Below, in pieces: positions 36,820-46,933 of a stretch of 64,000 nucleotides of DNA. Numbering within the stretch: the first letter of the stretch is position 1; the number at the start of each line of letters is the position of its first letter. The stretch comes from Candidatus Poribacteria bacterium. GTDB taxonomy: Bacteria; Poribacteria; WGA-4E; WGA-3G. The translations under genes were made by a program, and so were the position numbers. The notes beneath the pieces were generated by a model. It was not told the DNA's origin, ran no database searches, and saw only the letters and a list, made by a program, of their open reading frames with translations. The stretch covers positions 2,976,001 to 3,040,000 of the forward strand of contig OZ244048.1 in the NCBI GenBank assembly GCA_965215265.1. The letters are read 5' to 3'.

Positions 36820-39800
36820 TTATCCTTTGTTTATCACTTCATCCAGGTTGAGAATCAGGTTTGCAATCATCGTCCATGCGGCGATTTCAACTGCATCTAA
36901 CGTTTCATCAGGTGCCACTTCGCCGACGGTAACGAGTTGCTTAGCGGCATCCGGATCTGCCTCCAATTCCTGATAGTGTGCCTGGAACGTTTCCAATAGC
37001 AATGCCTCTTCTTCAGGTTTTGGGAGTCGTGCGGTAGCCATTTCAAAGAGATAGGCGATGCGCGCTTTCTCTGTCTCGCCGCCTTCTTTCACAGTTCGTT
37101 CAGCAAATGCCCGGGCAGCCTCAAAGAACTGCGGGTCATTCATCAGCATTAGGGCCTGCATCGGTGTGTTCGTGCGTTCGCGGCGAACTGTGCAAGCTTC
37201 ACGGGAGGGTGCGTCCAACATGTTCATCTGTGGCGGTGGTGAGGTACGTTTCCAGAAGGTATAGAGGCTCCGGCGATGCACCTTATCCGGCCCTTCATCT
37301 GCGACAAACTTATCGGTATTGGAGCCGGTGAAGCCGACTGCGGCCCAAAGTCCGCCAGGCTGTGGGGGTTTGACGCTGGGTCCGCCGGTCTTTTTGTACA
37401 ACAAGCCGCTGAGGGCAAGCGCATTATCCCGGAGGGTTTCTGCATCCAGTCGGAATCTCGGTGCGCGCGAGAGAAGGCGGTTGTCCGGATCCAATTCCCG
37501 TTTTTCCGGAGTCAACCGTGCACTTTGCCGATATGTAGTTGATGTGAGCATTAACTTCAGCATCGCTTGGATATCCCATCCTGATGCAACAAATTCAGCA
37601 GCAAGCCAATCAAGGAGCTCCGGATGTACAGGCGGTGTCCCTTGTGTGCCGAAGTCCTCTGCGGTTTTCACAATCCCAGTACCGAAGACGTTTTGCCAGA
37701 ATCTGTTGATAGTAACCCGTGCGGTGAGCGGATGTTCAGGCGAGAGCAGCCATTGCACGAGCCCGAGTCGATTGGGGGCTGCATCTGCCTGCACGGCTGG
37801 GAGTACAGCAGGCGTTTGCGGGTAAACCTGTTCCCCCCGGCGCTGATATTCACCGCGCTCCAAAAGATAGGCACCGCGAGGTTCCGTTCTCTCTTGCATC
37901 ACGAGTGTAGTGATAAAGGATGCCTCAAGCGTGTTGCGTTTCTGGCGTACATCTGCTAATTCGGTAAACAAGGCTTTCAACCCTGCATCTGGTGTGACGT
38001 TTTTCCGGTAGTAGTCGCGAATCTGTGCTTTCTGTTGTTCTTCACGTTTCCCACGTTCGGCTGCTGCGATGTCAACAATGTTTGCCGGTACCATTGGCGT
38101 GTCGGTTTCAATGCGGAAATAGAAGCCGGAGGTGCCAGAATAGTTGACAACCTTAAGGAGCAAATCGTTATTCCCCGGTTTGAGTTGGACCTGGAGTTCT
38201 TCCTGCTCTTTTTCAGCATCGCGCTGGACGTTTTTAGCAAAAATCTCGGTGCCGTTCATCCAGACTTTCAGCGCGTCATTACTCCCGATGTATAGACGGG
38301 CTGTTTGCTGCGTTCCTGATGAGATTCTCCTATAGAGATAGGTAGCACTATTTTCACCAATGATGTCGTTATGCACCTGCTCGTCAGTCCAATGGCTCTG
38401 TTGCTGCCAGGCCAAGGTTTTTTCGCCGAAGGTGAATTTCTGTCCTGTGTTAACCGCTTTCGTTTCTGGTTCATAAACTTGGTAGAAAGCGATGTTCCCG
38501 TGTTCTGCGGTGAAGGGGCCGACGGAGTGCCAATTGGCAACAGAGACCTTTGAGCCGATAGGGTAAATCGTGGGTACGTCAGTGATAGCGAGACGGAACC
38601 GCCCAAACTGCTTATGCCGCAGATCTAATTCGTGCTTGAGGCGTATCTTCAATCTGCCGCCCTCCGTTCCGAACGGTGTTTCAACAAGGAAAATTGCCTG
38701 TCTATTTTCGCTGCGTCTGTCAAGTGCCCAGCCTGTGTCTGGCTTATCGTCAATGGCGTTGGCGACGACATTTTGGAAGGGTTCTTTTGGCGTGCCTGCT
38801 TGCTCGTGGTCTGCCCAAGCATGAATTATGCGGAGAGGTGTCCATGTATTGTCTTCATCGGTAGAAAGGTTCTGGGCGGTAGCAGATTCACCTTGAGTTG
38901 CAAGTTCATCCTGCGTCTCTGAGTCTTGCGGATCCCCGGCATCGGCATTTTCCGGATAAGTGCTCTCCGCTTCAGTCTCTACCCCTGGGTTCTCATCTGA
39001 TTCTTCTGACTGCGAGGTGGGAGCAATTTCCAGCGAAAAATCGGTTAAAACAACATTGCCGTTATCGCTTCTGCCGATGCCGCCTTTCGGCAAAGATTCG
39101 TGCGTGATACCGTCCAAACGGACAGCACTCCATTTGCCGGGCGGTAATTCTGCGATGATTTCGTATGTCTCTTGTTCCGGATTCGTGCCACTGGCTAAAA
39201 TGGAGTTATCCTCGAGCACCTCTAATGTTGCGCCGCCCTTTGAGTGCATCTCATCCGGTTTGAGAACCGTCCAGCGCGGCATTCTGTTCTCCCAAGCAAT
39301 TTGTGTTGCATCAACCTTCGGATTGGGTGCTTTAGTCTGAGCATCCAGCTCCGAGATCTGTGCGTCAAACGCGTCCAGTTCTTCTTCCTGCTCGGGGGTT
39401 GGCAATTTTACAACAGGCGGAGAATCCTTACGGTTGCCGTCCATTGCATTTTCAGTGATATTGTTGAAATAGGCGTAGAGTTGATAAAACTCTTTCTGCG
39501 TTATCGGGTCGTATTTATGGTCGTGGCACTGTGCGCATCCAACCGTTAAGCCCATCCAGACGGTAGCGGTGGTATTAGTCCGATCGACTGCATATCGGAC
39601 GTAGTATTCTTCATCAATAGAGCCTCCTTCGCTGGTTGTCACGTGGCAGCGGTTAAAACCGGTCGCAATCCGTTGTTCAAGTGTAGGCTCTGGGAGAAGG
39701 TCTCCGGCGAGCTGTTCGAGTGTAAACTGATCGAAAGGCATATTGGCGTTGAACGCGTTAATAACCCAATCGCGGTAGGGCCACATTTCACGGTAGTTAT

Positions 39801-40554
39801 CTAAGTGGAGTCCGTGTGTATCTCCGTATCGAGCGACATCTAACCAGAATCGTGCCATGTGTTCGCCGTATTCAGGCTTCTTCATGAAGTCATCAATGAG
39901 GTTCTCATAAGCATTCGGTGAATCATCTTCGAGGAATTGATATATCTCCTCACGAGTGGGCGGTAAGCCGGTGAGATCGAAGCTTAGTCGGCGAATAAAG
40001 GTACGCTTATCTGCTTCTTGTGCGGGCTCTAAGCCTTCGGCTTCAAGCCGTGAGAGAATGAAGGCATCAATCGGGTTTCGCACCCAGTCTTGTTTTTTGA
40101 CATCTGGTGGTGTTGGACGAGTAGGTGCCGTAAAAGCCCAATGTTCCTCCCACTTCGCGCCTTCCTGGATCCATTGTCTGATGGCATCAATCTGTTCCGG
40201 TGTGAGCGTCTTATTGAAGTCTGCCGGCGGCATGCGGTAGTGGTCATCTTCAGAGGCGATGCGGCGGTAGAGTTCACTCTCTTCAGGTTCCGTTGGGACG
40301 ATGACTGGGTAGCCGCTGGGCTCAGAAAATGCGCCTGCTTTTGTATCCAGCCGGAGGTCTGCTTGCCGGCTCTTTTCATCCGGCCCGTGGCAGGCAAAGC
40401 AGTTATCGGCAAGAACGGGACGAATATCAAGACTATAATTCAGTTCCGCTGGTGTCGGTTGTTTGGTTTGTGCCACGGCTACCGTCGTTAAAACAGCAAG
40501 GCAGCAGCACATCAACGCCAATGGTAGCGGAATGGTGCTATTATCAGTTCTCAT
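36820..40554 (-). CDS. Planctomycete cytochrome c / DUF1549 / DUF1553 protein
   Basis: 'CFACHGPD', 'HWAF', 'WLDVARYGD', 'CAQCHDHKYDP', 'HPLTARV', 'RRSLY'. Confidence 0.92.
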   Translation of the reverse strand: MRTDNSTIPLPLALMCCCLAVLTTVAVAQTKQPTPAELNYSLDIRPVLADNCFACHGPDEKSRQADLRLDTKAGAFSEPSGYPVIVPTEPEESELYRRIASEDDHYRMPPADFNKTLTPEQIDAIRQWIQEGAKWEEHWAFTAPTRPTPPDVKKQDWVRNPIDAFILSRLEAEGLEPAQEADKRTFIRRLSFDLTGLPPTREEIYQFLEDDSPNAYENLIDDFMKKPEYGEHMARFWLDVARYGDTHGLHLDNYREMWPYRDWVINAFNANMPFDQFTLEQLAGDLLPEPTLEQRIATGFNRCHVTTSEGGSIDEEYYVRYAVDRTNTTATVWMGLTVGCAQCHDHKYDPITQKEFYQLYAYFNNITENAMDGNRKDSPPVVKLPTPEQEEELDAFDAQISELDAQTKAPNPKVDATQIAWENRMPRWTVLKPDEMHSKGGATLEVLEDNSILASGTNPEQETYEIIAELPPGKWSAVRLDGITHESLPKGGIGRSDNGNVVLTDFSLEIAPTSQSEESDENPGVETEAESTYPENADAGDPQDSETQDELATQGESATAQNLSTDEDNTWTPLRIIHAWADHEQAGTPKEPFQNVVANAIDDKPDTGWALDRRSENRQAIFLVETPFGTEGGRLKIRLKHELDLRHKQFGRFRLAITDVPTIYPIGSKVSVANWHSVGPFTAEHGNIAFYQVYEPETKAVNTGQKFTFGEKTLAWQQQSHWTDEQVHNDIIGENSATYLYRRISSGTQQTARLYIGSNDALKVWMNGTEIFAKNVQRDAEKEQEELQVQLKPGNNDLLLKVVNYSGTSGFYFRIETDTPMVPANIVDIAAAERGKREEQQKAQIRDYYRKNVTPDAGLKALFTELADVRQKRNTLEASFITTLVMQERTEPRGAYLLERGEYQRRGEQVYPQTPAVLPAVQADAAPNRLGLVQWLLSPEHPLTARVTINRFWQNVFGTGIVKTAEDFGTQGTPPVHPELLDWLAAEFVASGWDIQAMLKLMLTSTTYRQSARLTPEKRELDPDNRLLSRAPRFRLDAETLRDNALALSGLLYKKTGGPSVKPPQPGGLWAAVGFTGSNTDKFVADEGPDKVHRRSLYTFWKRTSPPPQMNMLDAPSREACTVRRERTNTPMQALMLMNDPQFFEAARAFAERTVKEGGETEKARIAYLFEMATARLPKPEEEALLLETFQAHYQELEADPDAAKQLVTVGEVAPDETLDAVEIAAWTMIANLILNLDEVINKG

Positions 40555-40614
40555 AGTAACTCTCTCCTGTTTTTCTTTTCTGTGACTCGCGTGCGGTCGA
40601 AACGTTTAATCATA

Positions 40615-40643
40615 ATTTTACGACAACGTTGCATTTTTGTCAA
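40615..40643 (-). promoter_or_regulatory. sigma70-like promoter
   Basis: TTGACA-17-TAAAAT. Confidence 0.55.
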
Positions 40644-40718
40644 AATGTTTTGTTGAATCTGCAATTTTGAGGACAGACTGTGTTATCAATAGATTGCAGG
40701 GTTTGACGGAAGATAGGT

Positions 40719-41483
40719 TCAACGTTCGGCCTGTACCTCAATTTTCTCGAAAATGATAACGTGCTGCCACGGCAGTTTATCAACCGTTTCTACCCATGCG
40801 AGGGGATGTGGTGTCGCCTCTTTCAGGACTTGAAGTTCGCTCATCTTGTGCAGCGGTTTGATCGGCACGTTCGGGTCTTCTGCACGGTATTCAACAAAAA
40901 CTACGCGTCCTCCCGTTTTGACAGCACGACAGATGTTATGTATCATTTCGTACGGATGCGAGAATTCATGGTAGACATCCACCATAATCACCAAATCCAC
41001 GGAATTCGGTGGGAGTTTCGGATCTGTGATGGTGCCTAAGATGCCCTTGACGTTTGTGATACCTGCTTCCGCCATCGCCTTCTCAAGCAAATCGAGCATT
41101 TCTTGCTGAATGTCAACGCCGTAGACGGTACCTGTCTGTCCGATTTTTGGTGCGATGCGCCGGGCAATGTAACCTGTGCCGACGCCGATATCGGCGACGA
41201 CCTGACCCTGTTTAAGGTCCAGAGTTTCAACGAGCAAATTCGGCATCTCTTCGTGCTCGCGTTCGGGACGTTCTAACCATTCAGCCCCGCGGTGCCCCAT
41301 CACCTGCGAGATTTCGCGCCCCATGTAGAATTTCCCAATTCCATCCCGGCTGGGCGGATGTTGTTCATATCGCGGCTGATATTGCTGACTGAAAAGATTT
41401 GTCCAACAGACAATCAGAAAGGTTATAGCCAAAAGGGCTATGTGTCTGCTATTGTGAATCATTTGTGTTTGTCCTCCTACCAT
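40719..41483 (-). CDS. Class I SAM-dependent methyltransferase (secreted type)
   Basis: 'VADIGVGTGY', 'GVDIQ', 'MVDVYHEF'. Confidence 0.88.
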   Translation of the reverse strand: MVGGQTQMIHNSRHIALLAITFLIVCWTNLFSQQYQPRYEQHPPSRDGIGKFYMGREISQVMGHRGAEWLERPEREHEEMPNLLVETLDLKQGQVVADIGVGTGYIARRIAPKIGQTGTVYGVDIQQEMLDLLEKAMAEAGITNVKGILGTITDPKLPPNSVDLVIMVDVYHEFSHPYEMIHNICRAVKTGGRVVFVEYRAEDPNVPIKPLHKMSELQVLKEATPHPLAWVETVDKLPWQHVIIFEKIEVQAER

Positions 41484-42517
41484 CTGCCCAAGTAGAGCCT
41501 GCGGTTTTCCATCGGCATCTGGACGCGCGTGCCCTTCTGGCGTTGCGAATCAACAATAGCAAAGACTATTTCGGTACTTCTAAGGGCGAGATGAATGTTG
41601 CCTTGCGTTTCAGTATTCGTATCAATTGCGTCAACGATGTCCTCGATGCATCCGACGGTGCCGCTTTTCCGTTCAAACGGTGGAAATTGCGTCTCCAAAA
41701 TTTCGTTAAACTTGCCTTGCCGGGTCCGGAGTTGGAAACCGAGGCCGTTATTCAGGGAACGCACTGTGCCTTCACTACAATTAACCTCAAACTCATAAGC
41801 GGTGCCGGGAATACTGATTCCGTTAATCCCGTTCTGAAAGCGAATGAACCCCATCACAATCCCCGGGTCGCCTTCCGTTCGGTTATCTTCAAAATCTGCG
41901 TCCTCAACGGTGACGTTGCCCTGTACATAGTCTATCGGAGCATCGCTTGCGAGAAAAAGAAGCATATCGGCAGCGTGCGTATAACCCCAAAGTGCTGCCC
42001 CGCCAGAGTAAGCGATGATAGAGCGGCGTTCACCGAGTTGTCCGCTTTCAAGTATCTCACGCATTTTGATATAGCCGGGTGTGAAGCGGCGTTGTGTCCC
42101 GAGGTTAAACTTCACATTGTGCTTCTCACAGACTTCCAGCATGGCATCAGCTTCTTCCATAGAGGCACAGAGCGGTTTGTCACAATAGATACCCTTGACT
42201 CCATTTTCGGCGGCAAAACGGGTGATATCCGCGTGGTTCCCCGGGCGGGTAGCGATACTAACGATATCAGGTTTCTCTTGGGTGATCATTTCCTCATAGT
42301 CAAGATAATACTTGGGGATATTCCATTTGTCGCAAACGTATCGTGCCTTTTCTTCTACAACGTCCGCTGCTGCCACAATAGTTGTACGTTCATACGCGCT
42401 ATAGCCTGCAGCATGTGAATAGGGCAATGCACCGTGCGGTGTTTCTCGGACTTCTTCATCAATCGTGCCGCCCATCCTGCCACATCCGACGATACAGGCG
42501 CGGTATTGATTCGCCAT
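41477..42517 (-). CDS. Gfo/Idh/MocA oxidoreductase
   Basis: 'IVGCGRMG', 'YCDKPL'. Confidence 0.88.
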   Translation of the reverse strand: MANQYRACIVGCGRMGGTIDEEVRETPHGALPYSHAAGYSAYERTTIVAAADVVEEKARYVCDKWNIPKYYLDYEEMITQEKPDIVSIATRPGNHADITRFAAENGVKGIYCDKPLCASMEEADAMLEVCEKHNVKFNLGTQRRFTPGYIKMREILESGQLGERRSIIAYSGGAALWGYTHAADMLLFLASDAPIDYVQGNVTVEDADFEDNRTEGDPGIVMGFIRFQNGINGISIPGTAYEFEVNCSEGTVRSLNNGLGFQLRTRQGKFNEILETQFPPFERKSGTVGCIEDIVDAIDTNTETQGNIHLALRSTEIVFAIVDSQRQKGTRVQMPMENRRLYLGRW

Positions 42518-42577
42518 TGGATGTCCTCCTTTCGGTTCTAAAAATAAAGCGTCAAAAAGTCAATTCCAGCCAAAACA

Positions 42578-43417
42578 TTAGCCTGTTAATCTCACAACAT
42601 CCTGTTTCACAATTTCCTTTGTGTGTCCATACGATGCTGTTTCCACCAACTCCTGAATCTCGGGTGACAACCGATTGATGATTGCCTCAGGGAGGCTTGG
42701 GCGGCCATCATATTGCGGTGCATACCGCAGAATAAGAAAGCGTCGATCTTTGTCTTTCGGGTGCCACTGCAAGACTCCGTGTGTCAAAAGTTCGGAGATG
42801 ACAACAAAATCGCCTGCTTTGGGCGTGATATTGGTGAAAACATCATCATCTAAAGGGTCTATTCCGTCGGGGCCAGGCGTGAGGAGGTCCTCCGGTCTTT
42901 CAAACTGACTCTTATGCGAACCGGGGATGACAATCAGTCCACCGTCGCCGGGTTGGACATCCGTTAGGTAAAAGAAGGCGACAAAATTGTTACAGTAGAT
43001 ACGGTTATCCTTAATCTCGTACCGTGTCATCCAGTGCCGTCCTTCACGGGCACAATGCAAGCCTGCTGGATTCGTTCCCATCGCTTGTCTATCAGGGTTG
43101 TACTGCTCAAGAGTGAGCGTCCCCGTTACAAATCTGGGCTTGTCAAAGGTGAATTCCTTAATGAGCGGCCAGATTGCCGGATGCACCGTCATGGCCTCAA
43201 GCGACGGGTCGAAGGCGAATCCGTGTTCGTATCTGCCGCCTTTACCGGGTTCCAAGTCGCGCGGGCGCGTCGTAAACCCCGCCGGCCTTTCGTCTAGCGG
43301 CATGTGGATATATCTATCTACGGCTGCTTGGGCTTCTTTTAACGCGTCGCCGGTCACAGCGCCCTCTATGTGCAGGTATCCGGTAACATCAAATAGATAA
43401 CGTTGTTCAGGTGTCAT
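42578..43417 (-). CDS. PhyH family dioxygenase
   Basis: 'MTPEQRYLFDVTGY', 'GGLIVIPGSHK', 'ELLTHG', 'RRFLILRY'. Confidence 0.85.
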   Translation of the reverse strand: MTPEQRYLFDVTGYLHIEGAVTGDALKEAQAAVDRYIHMPLDERPAGFTTRPRDLEPGKGGRYEHGFAFDPSLEAMTVHPAIWPLIKEFTFDKPRFVTGTLTLEQYNPDRQAMGTNPAGLHCAREGRHWMTRYEIKDNRIYCNNFVAFFYLTDVQPGDGGLIVIPGSHKSQFERPEDLLTPGPDGIDPLDDDVFTNITPKAGDFVVISELLTHGVLQWHPKDKDRRFLILRYAPQYDGRPSLPEAIINRLSPEIQELVETASYGHTKEIVKQDVVRLTG

Positions 43418-43635
43418 TTTTTTTCCACCTATTTGGGTGTGCTTTTTTATCACAGAATTATAACCTATTTTTGCTTATTTTGAAACATAAATCTTCAGGT
43501 ATCTTCATCGCTAATGTTTTAGATGAAGTACCTTGATATCACCGGAATTGCATCAATGCGACCTTATTTTCTACAAAAAATTGGTAGACTCTGATATAAT
43601 AGGAGATATTGAACGCAAAATGGAGGAAGTTCCCG

Positions 43636-44550
43636 GTGAAACTCGGATTCGTGAGTGCTATTTTACCAGAACAGACTTTAGAGGAAGTCGTGCAGTTTTC
43701 ATCAAGCGAAGGGTTTGATTGTGTTGAGCTGATGTGCTGGCCGAAAGGGGCGGCTGAGCGCAGGTATGCCGGCGTAACGCACATTGATGTTGTTGAACTT
43801 GGAGAGGCTCAAGTAGAGCGAATTCAGGGAGTGGTAGCGGACGCTGGAATAACGATTAGCGGTTTAGGCTACTATCCGAACCCACTCACACCCGATCCGG
43901 CGGAGGCTGCGATTCATATTGCGCACCTCAAACGACTGATTGTGGCAGGCGAACGTTTATCGGTGGACGTGGTAAACACATTTATTGGTAGAGATTGGAC
44001 GTGCTCTATTGAGGGGAATTGGTCTCAATTTAAGAATGTCTGGAAACCGCTCATCCAATTCGCAGGAGACCACGGAATCCGCATCGGAATTGAGAATTGT
44101 CCGATGTTTTTTACAGAGGACGAGTGGCCTGGTGGAAAAAATCTCGCCTATTGTCCATCAATTTGGCATCGAATGTTTGAGGAGATTCCGGCGGCTAATT
44201 TTGGACTCAACTTTGATCCGTCCCATTTTATCTGGCTTCAGATGGACTACGTGAAACCGCTGACGACTTTTTCAGAGCGCATTTTCCACGTCCACGCGAA
44301 AGACGCAAGAATCGATCGTGCGCGGCTTGATGAAGTCGGCATTCTTGCAACGCCGTTATCGTATCATACGCCTAAGTTACCAGGGCTCGGCGATGTTGAT
44401 TGGGGACGCTTTTTCTCTGTTTTGAGCGATACCGGCTATGACGGGGCCGTCTGTGTTGAAGTGGAGGATAGAGCGTACGAAAAGAGTTTAGAGACGCGGA
44501 AACGCGCACTACGGCAAAGTAACTTGTTTCTGCGCCAGTTTATCGGGTAA
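43636..44550 (+). CDS. Sugar phosphate isomerase/epimerase
   Basis: GGAGG + GTG; 'IENCPM', 'FDPSH', 'HVHAKD', 'EVED'. Confidence 0.88.
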   Translation: MKLGFVSAILPEQTLEEVVQFSSSEGFDCVELMCWPKGAAERRYAGVTHIDVVELGEAQVERIQGVVADAGITISGLGYYPNPLTPDPAEAAIHIAHLKRLIVAGERLSVDVVNTFIGRDWTCSIEGNWSQFKNVWKPLIQFAGDHGIRIGIENCPMFFTEDEWPGGKNLAYCPSIWHRMFEEIPAANFGLNFDPSHFIWLQMDYVKPLTTFSERIFHVHAKDARIDRARLDEVGILATPLSYHTPKLPGLGDVDWGRFFSVLSDTGYDGAVCVEVEDRAYEKSLETRKRALRQSNLFLRQFIG

Positions 44551-44604
44551 CGTCGCCCGGGCTGCAGAGTGTGCCTACAGGAGCCGATAAAGGACCCAAC
44601 ACTT

Positions 44605-45774
44605 ATGGACAGCCAAGTCTGGTTAACGGCAGAACGTTCCGCCCTAAAACGAGAAGGCATATTGCGGCAGCTGCGGACAGTCCAGAATGCACCTAGGGGC
44701 AGAATTAATCTTGATGGCCGCGAGGTTGTTTTGCTCGCTTCAAACAACTATCTCGGCTTGAGCACCCATCCAAAAGTTGTGGCCGCAGCGGTAGAGGCGA
44801 CACAAGCATTCGGCACCGGTGCGAGCGGCTCACGGTTGATTTCAGGAAACAGCAGTCTCTACGCTGACTTGGAAGCAACGCTCGCAATCTTAAAGCGGAC
44901 AGAAGCGGCGCTCGTCTTCAGTTCCGGTTACACAGCAAACACCGGCACTATCCCTATCCTGGCTGGGGAAGGTGACCTCATCCTGAGCGACGCGTTGAAC
45001 CATGCCAGCATTATAGACGGGTGCCGACTCAGCCCTGCCATCAAAAAGATCTATCGGCACTGCGATATGGAACATCTCCAGACGTTACTCGCTGAGTCTG
45101 CCTGCTTTAAGCGTCGACTCATCGTAACCGATGGCGTTTTCAGTATGGACGGCGACATAGCCCCGCTCCCTGACATCTGCGACCTTGCGCAACAATACGG
45201 CGCGATTGTGCTGGTTGATGATGCGCACGGTTTTGGCGTTTTAGGAAAAGATGGCGGCGGTACTGTTGAACATTTTGGCCTGCAACACCACGGTATTATC
45301 CAGATGGGGACACTCAGCAAAGCAATCGGCGGATTGGGCGGTTATATCGCCGGAAGCCAGGCTCTAATTGAGTTGCTTATCAACCGCGCGCGAAGCTTTA
45401 TCTTTACTACTGGGCTCCCGCCGGCGACATTAGCCGGTGCAACCGCGGCACTACAGATCATCCGTTCTTCACCAGAATTGCGGCAGCGTCTATTCTCTCA
45501 TGCGAAACGTCTCAAAACCGCGTTGACAGGCTTAGGGCTGAAGCTGCTCCCCAGCCAAACCCAGATTCTGCCGGTTATACTCGGAACCCCGCAACGTGCA
45601 TCTCATTTTGCGCAAGCCTTGCTTTCAGAGGGCATCTTCGCCCCGGCTATTCGACCGCCATCTGTCCCGGCAGGTACAAGCCGCTTACGCGTTACGGTGA
45701 TGGCAACGCACACCTCAGCCGATATACAGCGGGCGATTGATGGGTTTGCGCATGTGTTAAAATCACCTGATTAG
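44605..45774 (+). CDS. bioF: 8-amino-7-oxononanoate synthase
   Basis: 'SNNYLGL', 'GASGSRL', 'NHASIIDG', 'DDAHG', 'GTLSKA', 'AIRPPSVP'. Confidence 0.9.
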   Translation: MDSQVWLTAERSALKREGILRQLRTVQNAPRGRINLDGREVVLLASNNYLGLSTHPKVVAAAVEATQAFGTGASGSRLISGNSSLYADLEATLAILKRTEAALVFSSGYTANTGTIPILAGEGDLILSDALNHASIIDGCRLSPAIKKIYRHCDMEHLQTLLAESACFKRRLIVTDGVFSMDGDIAPLPDICDLAQQYGAIVLVDDAHGFGVLGKDGGGTVEHFGLQHHGIIQMGTLSKAIGGLGGYIAGSQALIELLINRARSFIFTTGLPPATLAGATAALQIIRSSPELRQRLFSHAKRLKTALTGLGLKLLPSQTQILPVILGTPQRASHFAQALLSEGIFAPAIRPPSVPAGTSRLRVTVMATHTSADIQRAIDGFAHVLKSPD

Positions 45775-45898
45775 AGCTCGTTGAAAAAGAGATGAAATAG
45801 AATTTTGTGACATGACGATCGGCTCTCTAGCCTCATTAGGTAAAAAACACCGAAAATTACCGGCGTTAAATTCTTAATCTTCAGTCTAATTTTTTTTC

Positions 45899-45927
45899 TT
45901 GACACTGTTTCCTAAATTTGTTATCCT
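45899..45927 (+). promoter_or_regulatory. sigma70-like promoter followed by a leader hairpin (~45957-45998)
   Basis: TTGACA-17-TATCCT with TG; ACAGTGCAGCAGCG...CGCTATTGCATCACTGT. Confidence 0.6.
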
Positions 45928-46046
45928 TTTAAGTAAGGACTGAACCGTTGATTAAATACAGTGCAGCAGCGTTAGGAGGAGCCGCTATTGCATCACTGTT
46001 TAACGAAAACCTCCAAAAAACTTTGTCCTAGGAAAGATTGAGAGAG

Positions 46047-46883
46047 ATGAAAAATCAGAAGAGTGACGCGAACTACACGATGGGACGCAGTCAAGAAGAG
46101 ACAGAACGATTAATAGAGCAAGCGCAACTGTATGGAAAGTTGACACAGCGGTTTCTCGTGGAAGCCGGTATTACTAACGGCATGAAGGTACTGGATATCG
46201 GCAGCGGTGCCGGTGATGTTGCCCTGATCTTAGCCGAACTTGTCGGCACAGAGGGCGAGGTGCTCGGCGTGGATGTAAATGCCGAGATTCTTGAGACGGC
46301 ACGCACACGCACCGAGGAAGCCGGCTACACCAACGTCACATTTATTGCAGGCGACGCACGAACGCTTGAATTGGATACCGATTTTGATGCAGTCGTCGGT
46401 AGATTGGTGCTGATGTACATGGTGGACCCCACAGACGCGCTAAAACGTTTGGCAACCCGCCTGCGCCCCGAGGGGATCGTCGCCTTTCAAGAGACAGATT
46501 TTACACCTTATCAAGCATTCATACATCCGGACACGCCCCTCATAAATCAATTGATTGAGTGGGGTGCCAACGTATTTCAACGTTCCGGGGCACACACCAG
46601 TATGGGGATGGACCTCTACAAGGCTTTCGTTGATGCCGGTTTGCCCGAACCAACACTCCATTTTGCAGCACCAGGCGGTAACCCTGAAACGGGTGCAGCT
46701 TATCATTATATCGCACGCAGCTTTCAAAGTTTTTTGCCGCTTCTAGAAAAATTCGAAATCGCCACGGCAGCGGAGGTCGATGTGGAAACCCTCGCCGAGC
46801 GGCTCCAGCAGGAAGTCGTTAACGCAAAACGCCCGTTCTTCTTGCCGCCATGGATATCCGCTTATGCAAAAAAAATCCAGTAA
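46047..46883 (+). CDS. Class I SAM-dependent methyltransferase
   Basis: 'VLDIGSGAGDV', 'GVDVN', 'FDAVVGRLVL', 'LRPEG'. Confidence 0.88.
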   Translation: MKNQKSDANYTMGRSQEETERLIEQAQLYGKLTQRFLVEAGITNGMKVLDIGSGAGDVALILAELVGTEGEVLGVDVNAEILETARTRTEEAGYTNVTFIAGDARTLELDTDFDAVVGRLVLMYMVDPTDALKRLATRLRPEGIVAFQETDFTPYQAFIHPDTPLINQLIEWGANVFQRSGAHTSMGMDLYKAFVDAGLPEPTLHFAAPGGNPETGAAYHYIARSFQSFLPLLEKFEIATAAEVDVETLAERLQQEVVNAKRPFFLPPWISAYAKKIQ

Positions 46884-46933
46884 CGCGGCTACAGATTAAC
46901 GGTAATCCACAACTACTTGGAAAGAACATACCT

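Noticed and set aside
41465-42418. 317-aa plus-strand ORF
   Set aside because: Antisense shadow of the Gfo/Idh/MocA gene.
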